DNA of 64,000 nt. It comes from an uncultured bacterium. GTDB taxonomy: Bacteria; Desulfobacterota_D; UBA1144; Nemesobacterales; UBA2774. Both the position numbers and the translations under genes were made by a program. The notes beneath the pieces are model-generated. The model was not told the origin of the DNA. It ran no database searches and saw nothing but the letters and a program-made list of their open reading frames with translations. Where the stretch lies: contig CAVPJU010000010.1 of NCBI GenBank assembly GCA_963705505.1, positions 28,488 through 92,487 of the forward strand. The letters are read 5' to 3'. This document shows positions 50,452 to 60,486 of the stretch, piece after piece. Every line of letters begins with the position of its first letter. Within the stretch, counting starts at the first letter, position 1.

Positions 50452-51699
50452 ATGGAAAGAGCAGCAGATAAAAAGACAGTTTTCGACCCGCTCAGGCTGA
50501 GGGAGGATTTCCCCATTCTCGGGCGGAAGGTAAACGGCAAGCCGCTCGTCTATCTCGACAACGCCGCCACGACGCAGAAACCGAAGCCTGTCATCGATAC
50601 CTTAAAGAATTACTACGAGACGCATAACTCCAATATCCACAGGGGCGTCCACACCCTGAGCTACGAATCCACCGTCTTGTACGAGGATGCGCACAAGAAG
50701 GTCGCCGGGTTCATAGGGGCTCCCGACTGGCGCAGCATCGTATTTACGAGGAACACTACAGAATCGATAAACCTCGTCGCGTACGCGTGGGGGCTTCGTA
50801 ATTTAAAAGAGGGTGACGAGGTCCTAATAACGCTGATGGAGCACCACTCGAATATAGTCCCGTGGCAGATGCTCCGCGATAGAATAGGCGTCAAGCTGAA
50901 TTTTCTTCCCATAGACGGCCGCGGCAACCTGAATCTGGACGAGCTTCCTCGGCTCCTCAATGAGAGAACCAAGCTCGTGGGCATCGTACACGCCTCTAAC
51001 GTGCTGGGCACTATAAATCCGGTAAAGCGCATCGCCGAAGAGGCACGGAAGGTCCGGGCGCTCGTGTTGATAGACGCGGCTCAGTCGGTCCCTCACCTGC
51101 CCGTCGACGTAACGGACATAGGCTGTGATTTCCTCGCGGCTTCCGGGCACAAGATGATGGGACCCACGGGCACGGGGTTCCTGTACGGGAGGCCCGAGCT
51201 GCTGGAAGGGATGGAGCCTTTCCTTTACGGCGGGGACATGATAGAAAAGGTCACGATTGAAAAGTCCACATGGAACGAGCTCCCCTGGAAGTTCGAGGCA
51301 GGCACACCGGACATAGGCGGAGGCATAGCTTTAGGCGCGGCGGTCGATTACCTCGAAAGCGTAGGTCTTGATAACATTATGGCCCACGAAGAGGAACTCC
51401 TCAGATACGCGCTTGAAAAACTTTCAGAGCATGAATGGATAAAGATATACGGGCACGGGAATGGCGAAAGGGTAGGTGTCATATCCTTTAACGTCGAGGG
51501 CATCCACCCCCACGATGTGGCCGGCATACTCGACGAAGATGGTATAGCCGTCCGCTCCGGTCACCACTGCGCCCAGCCTCTCATGGCGGAATTAGGCATG
51601 GACTACACGGTCCGCATGAGCTTTTACCTCTACAACACGAAAGACGAGATAGACCTCGCCGTCCGGGCGCTCAAGAGGGCGAAAAAGATTTTCGGATAA
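50452..51699 (+). CDS. sufS: cysteine desulfurase, SufS-type (class V aminotransferase)
   Basis: PLP-Lys region ..ASGHKMMGPTGTGFLYG.. and active-site Cys ..RSGHHCAQPLM... Confidence 0.9.
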   Translation: MERAADKKTVFDPLRLREDFPILGRKVNGKPLVYLDNAATTQKPKPVIDTLKNYYETHNSNIHRGVHTLSYESTVLYEDAHKKVAGFIGAPDWRSIVFTRNTTESINLVAYAWGLRNLKEGDEVLITLMEHHSNIVPWQMLRDRIGVKLNFLPIDGRGNLNLDELPRLLNERTKLVGIVHASNVLGTINPVKRIAEEARKVRALVLIDAAQSVPHLPVDVTDIGCDFLAASGHKMMGPTGTGFLYGRPELLEGMEPFLYGGDMIEKVTIEKSTWNELPWKFEAGTPDIGGGIALGAAVDYLESVGLDNIMAHEEELLRYALEKLSEHEWIKIYGHGNGERVGVISFNVEGIHPHDVAGILDEDGIAVRSGHHCAQPLMAELGMDYTVRMSFYLYNTKDEIDLAVRALKRAKKIFG

Positions 51700-51838
51700 C
51701 CTCAGCTCATTCGAATTCATCTAAATTAAATTCCCATCATTTCCATTCTCCGGAACTCCCGGCGAACATTACCTCTCTTGGGTTACAGAGCCGCAGTCTG
51801 CGGCTTCTTCCGACATGTTCTTACCCTTCCCAATACCA

Positions 51839-51863
51839 TGAGTGAGCGCACACTCATTTTTTG
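51839..51863 (+). terminator. candidate intrinsic terminator downstream of sufS
   Basis: tgagtg agcgca cactca inverted repeat followed by ttttttg. Confidence 0.4.
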
Positions 51864-51972
51864 TACTATTTTCTGACATACGACAGGGACGGGTTTCATT
51901 AATATCAATCGTTCCCGATAGTTACGATTGGCATTTAACTTTCTTAATAGTAATCGCAAAAGGAGGCTTTGC

Positions 51973-52380
51973 ATGTTGAAAAATAAGACTTTCTCATTCC
52001 CCGCCAGGATGCTGTTTATGATGCTGGTCGTTACTTTAAGTTTTCACATTTTTGTTCCCGTTTCCATCGGTTCGTCTGACGATGAGGTCGTGGAGAAGGG
52101 CCAAAAGGTTTTTCAGGACAAGGGATGTGTGGCGTGTCACTCGATAGGGAAGGGCAAGATCACAGGGCCCGACCTCTTCGGCGTTACTCAAAGGAGAGAT
52201 CCGGCTTGGATTAAGAAATGGATCATGTCCCCCGATACCATGATCATGTCGGACCCCATCGCGAAAGAATTATTCAAACAATACATGGTTCCGATGCCTA
52301 ATCAGGGGCTCACGGACGAACAGGCGGACATACTCATTGAGTATTTCAAGTATCAAGATGCTAACAACGCAAAAAAGTAA
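51973..52380 (+). CDS. monoheme c-type cytochrome (nos-associated)
   Basis: AGGAGG RBS before ATG 51973; signal/TM MLKNKTFSFPARMLFMMLVV...; CVACHS heme motif. Located immediately upstream of nosZ. Confidence 0.75.
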   Translation: MLKNKTFSFPARMLFMMLVVTLSFHIFVPVSIGSSDDEVVEKGQKVFQDKGCVACHSIGKGKITGPDLFGVTQRRDPAWIKKWIMSPDTMIMSDPIAKELFKQYMVPMPNQGLTDEQADILIEYFKYQDANNAKK

Positions 52381-52419
52381 ATCTATGAGAAACCTTTTTA
52401 CACAAGGAGGTACGTAAAC

Positions 52420-54464
52420 ATGTCAGGATTGAAGAAGTGGATCACATTATTGCCGGTTTTTTTCTTGGCTCTGACTACGGTCTTTTTTACGAGCTGTAGG
52501 AATTCCGGTAGTGAGAAGCAGGCGAGTAAACAGGAGACCGTAACATGGGGATTGTCCGAGAGGCGGAGCAGGTAGCGGAGTCGAGGGGTCTTACGCCCAA
52601 GGACGTTGAGGCCGCTCTCAAGACTTACGTGCCTTCGGGGAAATATGACGATTACCTGATGTTTGCCTCCGGAGGACATTCCGGTCAGGTGTTCGTCATT
52701 GGCGTTCCTTCTATGAGGCTCCTCAAAGAGATAGCGGTATTCACGCCGGAGCCCTGGCAGGGATTTGCGACCGGATCGAAGGAGTCGGACGATTTACTGA
52801 AAGAAGGCTATATGCCCAACGGAAAAGACGGAAAGCTTACCTGGGCGGATACACACCACCCCGCTCTAAGCGAGACGAAAGGCGATTACGACGGACAGTT
52901 CTTATTCATAAACGATAAAGCCAATGCGAGGATCGCAGTCATCGACCTCCGCGACTTTGAAGTAAAACAGATCGTAAAGACGCCGAACATGATCTCGGAT
53001 CACGGCGCTACCTTTGTTACCCCGAATACCGAATACGTAATTGAGGGTTCCCAGTATGCAACGCCCCTTCCTTTCGAACGATACGCTCCTATGGATGAGT
53101 ATAAGGACAAATACAGGGGTCTCATTACGTTTCATAAGTTCGACAGGGAGAAGGGAAGGATAGACGAGTCCCAGTCATTCCAGATCGAGCTGCCTCCCTA
53201 CTGGCAGGACCTCTGCGACGCCGGGAAGAAAGTCAGTGAAGGATGGGTATTCTGCAACTCCATAAATACGGAGCTCGCCACAGGCGGCATTGAGCAGGGC
53301 AACCCTCCCTATGAAGCGGGCGTATCTCAAAGAGACATGGACTATATGCACGTAATTAACCTGAACAAGGCCGTCGAGGTTTCAAAAGAGGCGGGCAAGA
53401 CAGAGGTTATTAACGGAATGAAGGTAATTCCGCTCAACACGGCTATCTCGGAAGGTCTTTTGTATTTCATACCGGAGCCCAAGAGCCCCCACGGAGTCGA
53501 TGTAGCCCCGGGAGGAGATTATATAGTCGCTTCCGGCAAGCTCGACACACACGCGACGGTATATTCCTTCGACAAGATAATGGATGCCATGAAAAATAGC
53601 AAAATCGAGGGTAAGGATCCCTTCGGCGTCCCTGTACTGAACTTTAAGGATGTCGTCGCAGCGCAGGTCGAGATAGGCCTCGGGCCTCTCCATACGCAGT
53701 TCGATAACGAGGGTAACGCATATACGAGCGTTTTTATCGAGAGTACGGTTGCAAAATGGAAACTGGGCCCTCCTTACAATACGGGGGCAGACGCCTGGAC
53801 CCTCGTTGAGAAGATGCCGGTTGACTACAACATAGGCCACCTGGTTTGTGCGGAGGGCGATACCGTGTCCCCGGACGGCAAGTACTGTGTCGCGCTGAAC
53901 AAGTGGTCCATAGACAGGTTTACTCCGGTCGGCCCGCTGCATCCTCAGAATTTCCAGCTGATAGACATTTCGGGAAAGAAGATGCAGCTGCTTTACGATA
54001 TGCCTATAGGCTCAGGCGAGCCGCATTACGTTCAGATGATCAAGGCTGACAAGCTCAAACCATGGCTCGTTTATCCGGAGGTGGGATTTGATCCGGCGAC
54101 GATGAGCGTCAATCCCGACGCGGCAAAAGCCGGGGGTGAGAAAGTCGTGCGGAGTAACGGAAAAGTCGAGGTATGGATGACCGCTATCAGGAGCCATTAC
54201 AACCCCGAGCACATAGTCGCGAGCGAAGGGGATAAAGTAATAATACATATCACGAGCGTGGAGCGGGCGAGGGACGCTACACACGGTTTCGCCATCGACG
54301 GCTACAACGTTAACCTGAGCCTGGAGCCGGGTGAAAGCGAGACGGTGGAGTTCGTCGCGGACAAGGTTGGTGTGTATCCGTTCTACTGCACGGAGTTCTG
54401 CTCGGCGCTTCACCTGGAGATGATGGGTTATCTCCTTGTTGAGCCAAAACAGCCAAAGTCATGA
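52420..54464 (+). CDS. nosZ: nitrous-oxide reductase NosZ, Sec/lipoprotein-type (clade II-like); signal peptide and mature domain in different frames
   Basis: C-terminal CuA cupredoxin site ...FYCTEFCSALHLEMMGY; N-terminal beta-propeller region. The signal peptide MSGLKKWITLLPVFFLALTTVFFTSC (no twin-Arg) starts at 52420 and ends at a stop near 52570. The body ORF starts at 52545 in the -1 frame. One extra G in the G4 run at 52547-52550 would fuse the two parts. Confidence 0.85.
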
Positions 54465-54558
54465 ACTACTGAGGGCGCCCCATCCGGACCTTTAGTCACG
54501 GGAAGTGAAGGAGGGGGCGTCCTCGGTTCTAACCCAAAACGGAATAAGGAGGTTTGTT

Positions 54559-54928
54559 ATGAAAAAGTTAATAGCGCCGTTTTTACTTGTAACTTTGTTA
54601 GTGTTAGCGGGCGCCGTTTACGGAGCCCAAAATGCAAGAGACTGCCCAGTCGTGGCAGAAGCAGGCAAACGATACCAGGGCAGCTGTTATGAAAGTCTAC
54701 GGCGAGCTCGAGAAGCTGGATGTCAAGTCAGCAGCCGATGCGAAGGATCTTATTGCCGATGCCGTCGCCCAGCTCGGCGAAGGGGATAAGTACCTTAAGC
54801 AGGGGGACGAAGCCATGAATAAACAGGATTGGGAAAAGGCTAATTACGGTTATAACATGGCATGGCAGTATTACGTAAAAGCCGCAACATCCGGATTAAA
54901 TGCAAAGAGAATTTTAACCGGACAATAA
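54559..54928 (+). CDS. small secreted protein downstream of nosZ, apparent +1 frameshift between signal peptide and body
   Basis: AGGAGG RBS; signal peptide MKKLIAPFLLVTLLVLAGAVYGAQ; helical body MQETAQSWQKQ...AWQYYVKAA in the next frame. The A4 run at 54629-54632 is the likely indel site. Confidence 0.5.
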
Positions 54929-55061
54929 AAACTCAGGAGAACGGCGGTTCTCCCATACGACTGGGGACGCTCTTGAATAGCGGATATTTTAGAGTATTCC
55001 CCGCCGGTTGTTCAGAAGGGCCGATCTGAATACGATGTTATTACGAACGGAGGTTTAAAAA

Positions 55062-55715
55062 ATGAAAGAAAACGAATTGATATTCGGGCCGCGAATACCG
55101 AAGGAGCTGTGGGAGAAGGAGAGAAAGAGGTTTCTTGTTCCTTCGATCGTCCTCGTCGTTGCCGCGGTGCTGCTTTTCATCTCGATATTTCTCCCTTATT
55201 GGAAACTTACACTTTTCGCGCCTCAGTATCCTCAGGGTCTCAAAGCCAGTATGTACGTAAACAGGCTTGCGGGGGATATTCAGGAGATAGACGGGCTCAA
55301 TCACTATATAGGAATGAAGCCCATGGACGAGGCTGCCGTGCTCGAACGCACGCTCAGCATATTCATGATCATCGGTATAGCGCTCCTCATCGCGGGGGCC
55401 GTATACGTGCACAGCCCGATTGCGCTTTTCCTGTGCATCCCGGCGGTGCTTTACCCCGCGTTCTTTCTGGGCGACCTCTATTTCTGGATGCGGACCTTCG
55501 GCACGAACCTTAATCCGCACGCCCCTTTAAGCAGTGCGATAAAGCCCTTCGTACCACCCATACTCGGCGTGGGCCAGATCGCACAATTCAAGACTATCGC
55601 GAGCTGGGAGATAGGTCTCTATATGTCTATCGCGGCTTCGGTACTGATTGTCATAGGCCTCTACTTTCATCGTAAAGCTTATAAGCCGTTAATAGTAAAT
55701 GAAGGCGTCAGGTAG
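55062..55715 (+). CDS. nosB: NosB-like integral membrane protein (nos cluster)
   Basis: 217 aa, ~4-5 TM helices, positioned between nosZ and nosD as in clade II nos clusters. Confidence 0.55.
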   Translation: MKENELIFGPRIPKELWEKERKRFLVPSIVLVVAAVLLFISIFLPYWKLTLFAPQYPQGLKASMYVNRLAGDIQEIDGLNHYIGMKPMDEAAVLERTLSIFMIIGIALLIAGAVYVHSPIALFLCIPAVLYPAFFLGDLYFWMRTFGTNLNPHAPLSSAIKPFVPPILGVGQIAQFKTIASWEIGLYMSIAASVLIVIGLYFHRKAYKPLIVNEGVR

Positions 55716-55741
55716 AGAAAGGTGTAAATCCCGGGTGACCC

Positions 55742-57142
55742 GTGACTAAATATTGCCTTCTACATTTTTCCACGATCGTTATTCTTGCCCTCTCCGGAGC
55801 TGTGAACGGAGCGGCTGTCGCCAGGACAATCCATGTCTCACCGGACGGCCCCGTAAGATCAATTACTGAGGCTATAGCTTCTGCTGAGAGCGGTGATACC
55901 ATACGCATCCTGAAGGGAGACTATAAAGAACATATAGTAATCAACAAGACTTTAACAATTATAGGAGAGGGTTATCCCCGCATAGACGGCGGGGGGAAAG
56001 GAGTCGTCGTTTTAATAAAAGCCCCGAGTACCGTATTCAGGGGTATTCATGTGACGGGGAGCGGCGACAGCCTGAACCTTGAGGACGCTGGTATTATCCT
56101 CGATTCCGCACACGGGAGCGTCATAAAAGAAAACCGGCTCGATGATGTGCTCTTCGGTATATACCTCAAAAACTCTCCCGACAGTGTAATAGAAAAGAAC
56201 GTCGTCGAGGGCAAGCGGCTTACACTTCCCGAACGCGGCGACGGAATAAAGCTCTGGTACAGCTCAGGGACGAAGATACTCTATAACCGGGTCCTCCACA
56301 CTAGGGACCTTGTTATTTGGTGGTCGAGCAATACGCTTATAAAAGGGAATACCGTCGAGGAAGGAAGATACGGACTTCATTACATGTCGAGTAACCATAA
56401 CAGGTTCGAGGACAACATTTTCAGGAATAACTATGTGGGCGGGTTCCTCATGTATAGCAAGGGGATTGAGTTTTACAGGAATAGGTTCGTCAGTAACCGC
56501 GGCACGGGGTCGGGCTACGGAGTCGGGTTCAAGGACCTCGACGACGTAGTAGCCAAAGACAACCTTATCGCGGACAACCGCGTTGGAATCTTTCTCGATA
56601 ACTCGCCCTACCTCATCGATTCGTGGAATAATATAAGCGACAACGTTATAGCTTTCAACGACATAGGCGTCTCCCTCATGCCTTCGATAAGGAGGAACGC
56701 TTTTCACAAGAACAGCTTCGTAGATAACGACGAGCAGGTGGAGATAAGGGGAGGGGGAGAGCTTGCAGGGAACGAATGGTCCAAGGACGGCAGCGGGAAT
56801 TACTGGAGCGATTACATCGGATATGACGAGGACGGGGACGGGATAGGAGAGATACCCTACAAGTCCGAGAGCCTCTTCGAGAGCCTTATAGACTCGAAGC
56901 CCGAGCTCAGGATATTCGTGTTCAGCCCTGTTGCGAAGGCAATAGAGCTCGCTTCTCAGGCGTTTCCCGTGATCAAGCCCGAGCCCAAGCTCACGGACGA
57001 CTATCCGCTCGTCAGCTCGGCGATACCGCCTGACCTCAGGGCAGGCGGGAGGGAAAGGGAGTTGTCGCCGAGGCTTCTTTTCCTGTCCCTCTCTATGGTG
57101 ATGCTTCCCCTGATCTTTTACGGCTACATTATGAAACGGTAA
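55742..57142 (+). CDS. nosD: NosD, periplasmic parallel beta-helix copper-processing protein
   Basis: Signal peptide, repeated right-handed beta-helix units (NxxxxNxxxGI...), C-terminal TM. 466 aa. Confidence 0.82.
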   Translation: MTKYCLLHFSTIVILALSGAVNGAAVARTIHVSPDGPVRSITEAIASAESGDTIRILKGDYKEHIVINKTLTIIGEGYPRIDGGGKGVVVLIKAPSTVFRGIHVTGSGDSLNLEDAGIILDSAHGSVIKENRLDDVLFGIYLKNSPDSVIEKNVVEGKRLTLPERGDGIKLWYSSGTKILYNRVLHTRDLVIWWSSNTLIKGNTVEEGRYGLHYMSSNHNRFEDNIFRNNYVGGFLMYSKGIEFYRNRFVSNRGTGSGYGVGFKDLDDVVAKDNLIADNRVGIFLDNSPYLIDSWNNISDNVIAFNDIGVSLMPSIRRNAFHKNSFVDNDEQVEIRGGGELAGNEWSKDGSGNYWSDYIGYDEDGDGIGEIPYKSESLFESLIDSKPELRIFVFSPVAKAIELASQAFPVIKPEPKLTDDYPLVSSAIPPDLRAGGRERELSPRLLFLSLSMVMLPLIFYGYIMKR

Positions 57143-57155
57143 ACGGGAGCTTGAA

Positions 57156-58055
57156 TTGATTGAGATTAAGAACGTAACGAAGCGTTTCGGAAAGCTGACT
57201 GCAGTCGATTCGGTGAGCTTCAGGGCTGAAAAGGGTGAAGCGGTTTCCCTCCTCGGCGCGAACGGCGCCGGAAAGAGCACGCTTATCAAATGCATACTCG
57301 GGCTCCTCGATTATACGGGCGAGATTACGGTGAGCGGGCTCAGGGTGAAAGACCACCCGAAGGAGGCGAAGTCCCTAATCGGATACCTGCCGCAGGAGCC
57401 TCTTTTCTACGATATGCGCACACTCGATATAGTACGTTTCTTCGCGCGGCTCAGGAAAATTGACGAGAGGGGTTCATTGTCGGTCCTGGAGAAAGTGGGG
57501 CTTGGGGAGCACTCTTCCAAATACGCTTCAGAGCTTTCGGGAGGCATGAGGCAGCGCCTCTCTTTCGCTATAGCGCTTCTATCAGAGCCTATGTTCCTGA
57601 TACTGGACGAGCCCACTTCCAACCTCGATGCTCACGCGCGCGCTGAATTCCTCAGGCTAATCAAGGAATACAAGGAGAACGGTAAGACGGTGATCTTTTC
57701 CTCGCACAGGCTCGACGAGGTGGACTATCTGGCTGACAGGGCGGTCCTGATGAAAGACGGCAGTGTCGTCATGGACGAGGAGCCGCACAGGCTGAGGCAG
57801 TCCCTCGGGCTCGGCACGAAGATGAATATCGCTGTCCCTGAGGAGTATGTCACACTGGCGTATTCGGCGTTCGCCGGTGCCGGCATAATAGTTCACGGCA
57901 GAAACGGAAGGGGCTTCCTCGTGGAGGTGAAGAGCGGGGACAGCCTCCATCCTCTGAGGGAGCTGATGTCGAGAGACATACCCGTCCTCGGGTTCAGCGT
58001 CGAGGAGCCTACCATGGAAAATATACTCGAAGGAGCGGGAAAAGATGGAGCTTAG
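57156..58055 (+). CDS. nosF: NosF, ABC transporter ATP-binding protein
   Basis: Walker A GANGAGKST, signature LSGGMRQRL, Walker B LILDEPTSNLD. Confidence 0.82.
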   Translation: MIEIKNVTKRFGKLTAVDSVSFRAEKGEAVSLLGANGAGKSTLIKCILGLLDYTGEITVSGLRVKDHPKEAKSLIGYLPQEPLFYDMRTLDIVRFFARLRKIDERGSLSVLEKVGLGEHSSKYASELSGGMRQRLSFAIALLSEPMFLILDEPTSNLDAHARAEFLRLIKEYKENGKTVIFSSHRLDEVDYLADRAVLMKDGSVVMDEEPHRLRQSLGLGTKMNIAVPEEYVTLAYSAFAGAGIIVHGRNGRGFLVEVKSGDSLHPLRELMSRDIPVLGFSVEEPTMENILEGAGKDGA

Positions 58056-58884
58056 AAATATTCTCATACTGGCGGGGAAGGAAACGAGGGAGTCGCTCAA
58101 GAACAGGTGGTTCGTTTTATATACCGTCTCTTTTTCCGTCCTCGCCGTGCTCATCTTTTCTATAGCGCCCGGGAGGGGCGAGATCACGGGCATATCGGGC
58201 TACGGCAGGACGGCCGCGAGCCTGGTCAACCTCGTGCTTCTCTTTGTCCCGCTAATAGCGCTTATAACCGGAGCGATAAGCATATCCGGGGAGAGAGAGA
58301 ACGGAACGCTGCAGTACCTGCTCTCGCACCCCGTAACCAAATCCGAGGTGTTCGTGGGCAAGTTCTGCGGGATACTCATCCCGATCTGTTTTTCAATTTC
58401 GCTCGGTTTCGGGCTCGCCGGTATAGGAGTCGCGCTCAGAGGCGGGAGCGGGAACTCGGCGGAGTTCATACTGACTGCGCTCCTATCGGGGCTCCTGGCT
58501 GCGTCCCTGCTGAGCGTGGGGTTTGTCGTCTCGGTGTTTTCGGGCAGGGCTTCGAAGGCGATAGGCGTCGCGGTGTTCCTCTGGCTCCTTTTTATCGTTC
58601 TCGGAGACCTCGGCATCATGGGCACAGCTGCAGCGATGGACCTCGGCATAAAGCAGGTCTTCGTGCTCGCGCTGCTAAACCCGGCGGAGGTGTTCAAGAT
58701 CGCTTCCGTGCTCGTGCTCAGTCCGCGGTTCGAGATACTGGGCCCAGTCGGAGTTTACGCCGTCAGGACGTTCGGCAGGGAAGGGGTGGTCTATCTGCTC
58801 CTCTCCGTCATGGCGCTATGGACCATCATACCGTTCGTATATGCATTTATAACTTTCAGCATATTCAGGAGGGAAGAAGCATGA
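58045..58884 (+). CDS. nosY: NosY, ABC-2 type permease
   Basis: 279 aa, 6-TM permease. Overlaps nosF and nosL. Confidence 0.78.
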   Translation: MELRNILILAGKETRESLKNRWFVLYTVSFSVLAVLIFSIAPGRGEITGISGYGRTAASLVNLVLLFVPLIALITGAISISGERENGTLQYLLSHPVTKSEVFVGKFCGILIPICFSISLGFGLAGIGVALRGGSGNSAEFILTALLSGLLAASLLSVGFVVSVFSGRASKAIGVAVFLWLLFIVLGDLGIMGTAAAMDLGIKQVFVLALLNPAEVFKIASVLVLSPRFEILGPVGVYAVRTFGREGVVYLLLSVMALWTIIPFVYAFITFSIFRREEA

Positions 58885-59315
58885 AATACTTGCTCATACT
58901 GCTTGTGCTCCTGGGTTTCGCCGCCTGTAAGGATAAAATCGATACCGGGCCTCATATTATTCATTACGGGGAAGATGTCTGCGAGAGGTGCAAGATGATT
59001 ATAAGCGACAAGCGTTTTGCCGCCCAATACATCACGGAGAGCGGCGAGGCTAAAAAATTCGACGATATAGGGTGCATGATGGAGGCGCTCAAAGAGAAAA
59101 ACAAGGACGGTGGCGGCGTGCTCGCCGTCTATGTCACCGACTACGTCACCGGGGAATGGATAGACGGCGGAAAGGCTTTTTATCTCAAAAACACGGAGCT
59201 CAAGACCCCTATGGGGTACGGTATTGCAGCTTTCGGAAACGAGGAATCGATGCGGGCGAGCCCATTTTATAAGGACGGGCGGGCGCTCGGGGGAATCGAT
59301 GACCTCCAGAAATAA
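58881..59315 (+). CDS. nosL: NosL, copper-chaperone lipoprotein
   Basis: MKYLLILLVLLGFAAC (lipobox), then a conserved NosL core (...GPHIIHYGEDVCERCKMII...DIGCM...). It sits in frame inside the spurious 402-aa ORF 58107..59315. Confidence 0.8.
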   Translation: MKYLLILLVLLGFAACKDKIDTGPHIIHYGEDVCERCKMIISDKRFAAQYITESGEAKKFDDIGCMMEALKEKNKDGGGVLAVYVTDYVTGEWIDGGKAFYLKNTELKTPMGYGIAAFGNEESMRASPFYKDGRALGGIDDLQK

Positions 59316-59334
59316 ATAATCCCGGACGGTTCCC

Positions 59335-59922
59335 ATGGATAAAAGGATTATAGATCCTAGTGAGAAGATTCAGAGCGCCGCGCTTGCGCTCTTTATCAAA
59401 AAAGGCATAGCGGGCACGACGACAAAAGAGATCGCGAGGAAGGCGGGTGTATCCGAAGGCTCCATTTATAATTACTTCGAGAGCAAGGGAGACCTCGCGT
59501 ATAAGCTCTTTGTCCGGTATATGGACAAGTTCAGGGACGAGCTCTCGGTAAAATCGGCAGGCGCGGACGGCCCCGCGGGAAAGCTATCCGCCGTCGTCGG
59601 GGCTTTCTTCGGATTTGCCGAGAGAGAGCCCGAGGCATACGCCTATATAATGATAGGACACTACACCGAGCTCCAGAAAATGAAATATGACAAAAAGAAG
59701 CCCAAGGACGTATTCGTCGAAATAATCGGGGAAGGCGTTAAAAACGGCGTATTCATGAGCATGGACGAGAACCTCGGGGCAGCCTTCGTCATAGGGATGG
59801 TTACCAGGGCGATCCTTTTTCATAAGAGCGGCATGCTCGGTATGCCCTATGCGAGGCTTATAGAGGATACCGTGGCCTCTTCCTTACGCGTCCTCGGCGC
59901 AGACACGCCGCGGCCCTTGTAA
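59335..59922 (+). CDS. TetR/AcrR family transcriptional regulator
   Basis: HTH region TTTKEIARKAGVSEGSIYNYFESKGDL. Confidence 0.8.
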   Translation: MDKRIIDPSEKIQSAALALFIKKGIAGTTTKEIARKAGVSEGSIYNYFESKGDLAYKLFVRYMDKFRDELSVKSAGADGPAGKLSAVVGAFFGFAEREPEAYAYIMIGHYTELQKMKYDKKKPKDVFVEIIGEGVKNGVFMSMDENLGAAFVIGMVTRAILFHKSGMLGMPYARLIEDTVASSLRVLGADTPRPL

Positions 59923-60035
59923 ACCCGTATAAAATTTTCATAGTATTAAACTTATCCGCTGGAATTATATCCCGGAATGTGCAGGTTATATTTATACTTT
60001 ATGCATGCTGGTAAAAATTACACGGAGGATATAGA

Positions 60036-60428
60036 ATGCTCGTAAAAGAATGTATGACCGTAAACCCTGTGACCTTTTCCCCTAAAGAGGACGTCAGGGT
60101 CGCCTTTAACACACTTACCGACCGCAAGATTCGTCAGGCGCCTGTACTCGAGAATGGAAAGCTGGCCGGTATAGTCACGGACAGGGACCTCAGGCTCGCG
60201 GTGGTGGAGACCCTTACGGAGCCGGGTTTGACTGTGGGTTCCGTCATGACGCGGGACCCCGTAACGGTCAACGAGAATTCTTTACTCAAAGATGCGGCCA
60301 GGGTGATCGGTAAAAACAAGTTCAACGCGCTCCCGGTGCTTTCCGATTCCGGTGAGCTCGTGGGCGTCCTCACTACCACCGATATACTCAACGGTCTCGT
60401 TAGAGCGCTCGATGCGGAGAAAAAATGA
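60036..60428 (+). CDS. CBS-domain pair protein
   Basis: 130 aa, two CBS motifs. Confidence 0.7.
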   Translation: MLVKECMTVNPVTFSPKEDVRVAFNTLTDRKIRQAPVLENGKLAGIVTDRDLRLAVVETLTEPGLTVGSVMTRDPVTVNENSLLKDAARVIGKNKFNALPVLSDSGELVGVLTTTDILNGLVRALDAEKK

Positions 60429-60486
60429 CGACCCGTTTCTTTCTATGTTTAAGGCATTAATATATTGTTGACAAAGGAGAGCCTTT

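Noticed and set aside
56264-57295. 343-aa minus-strand ORF across nosD/nosF
   Set aside because: Shadow ORF opposite well-supported nos genes.
58107-59315. 402-aa ORF spanning nosY and nosL
   Set aside because: Arg/Pro-rich translation of an alternative frame across nosY. The true gene is nosL, starting at ATG 58881 in the same frame (lipobox, conserved NosL core).
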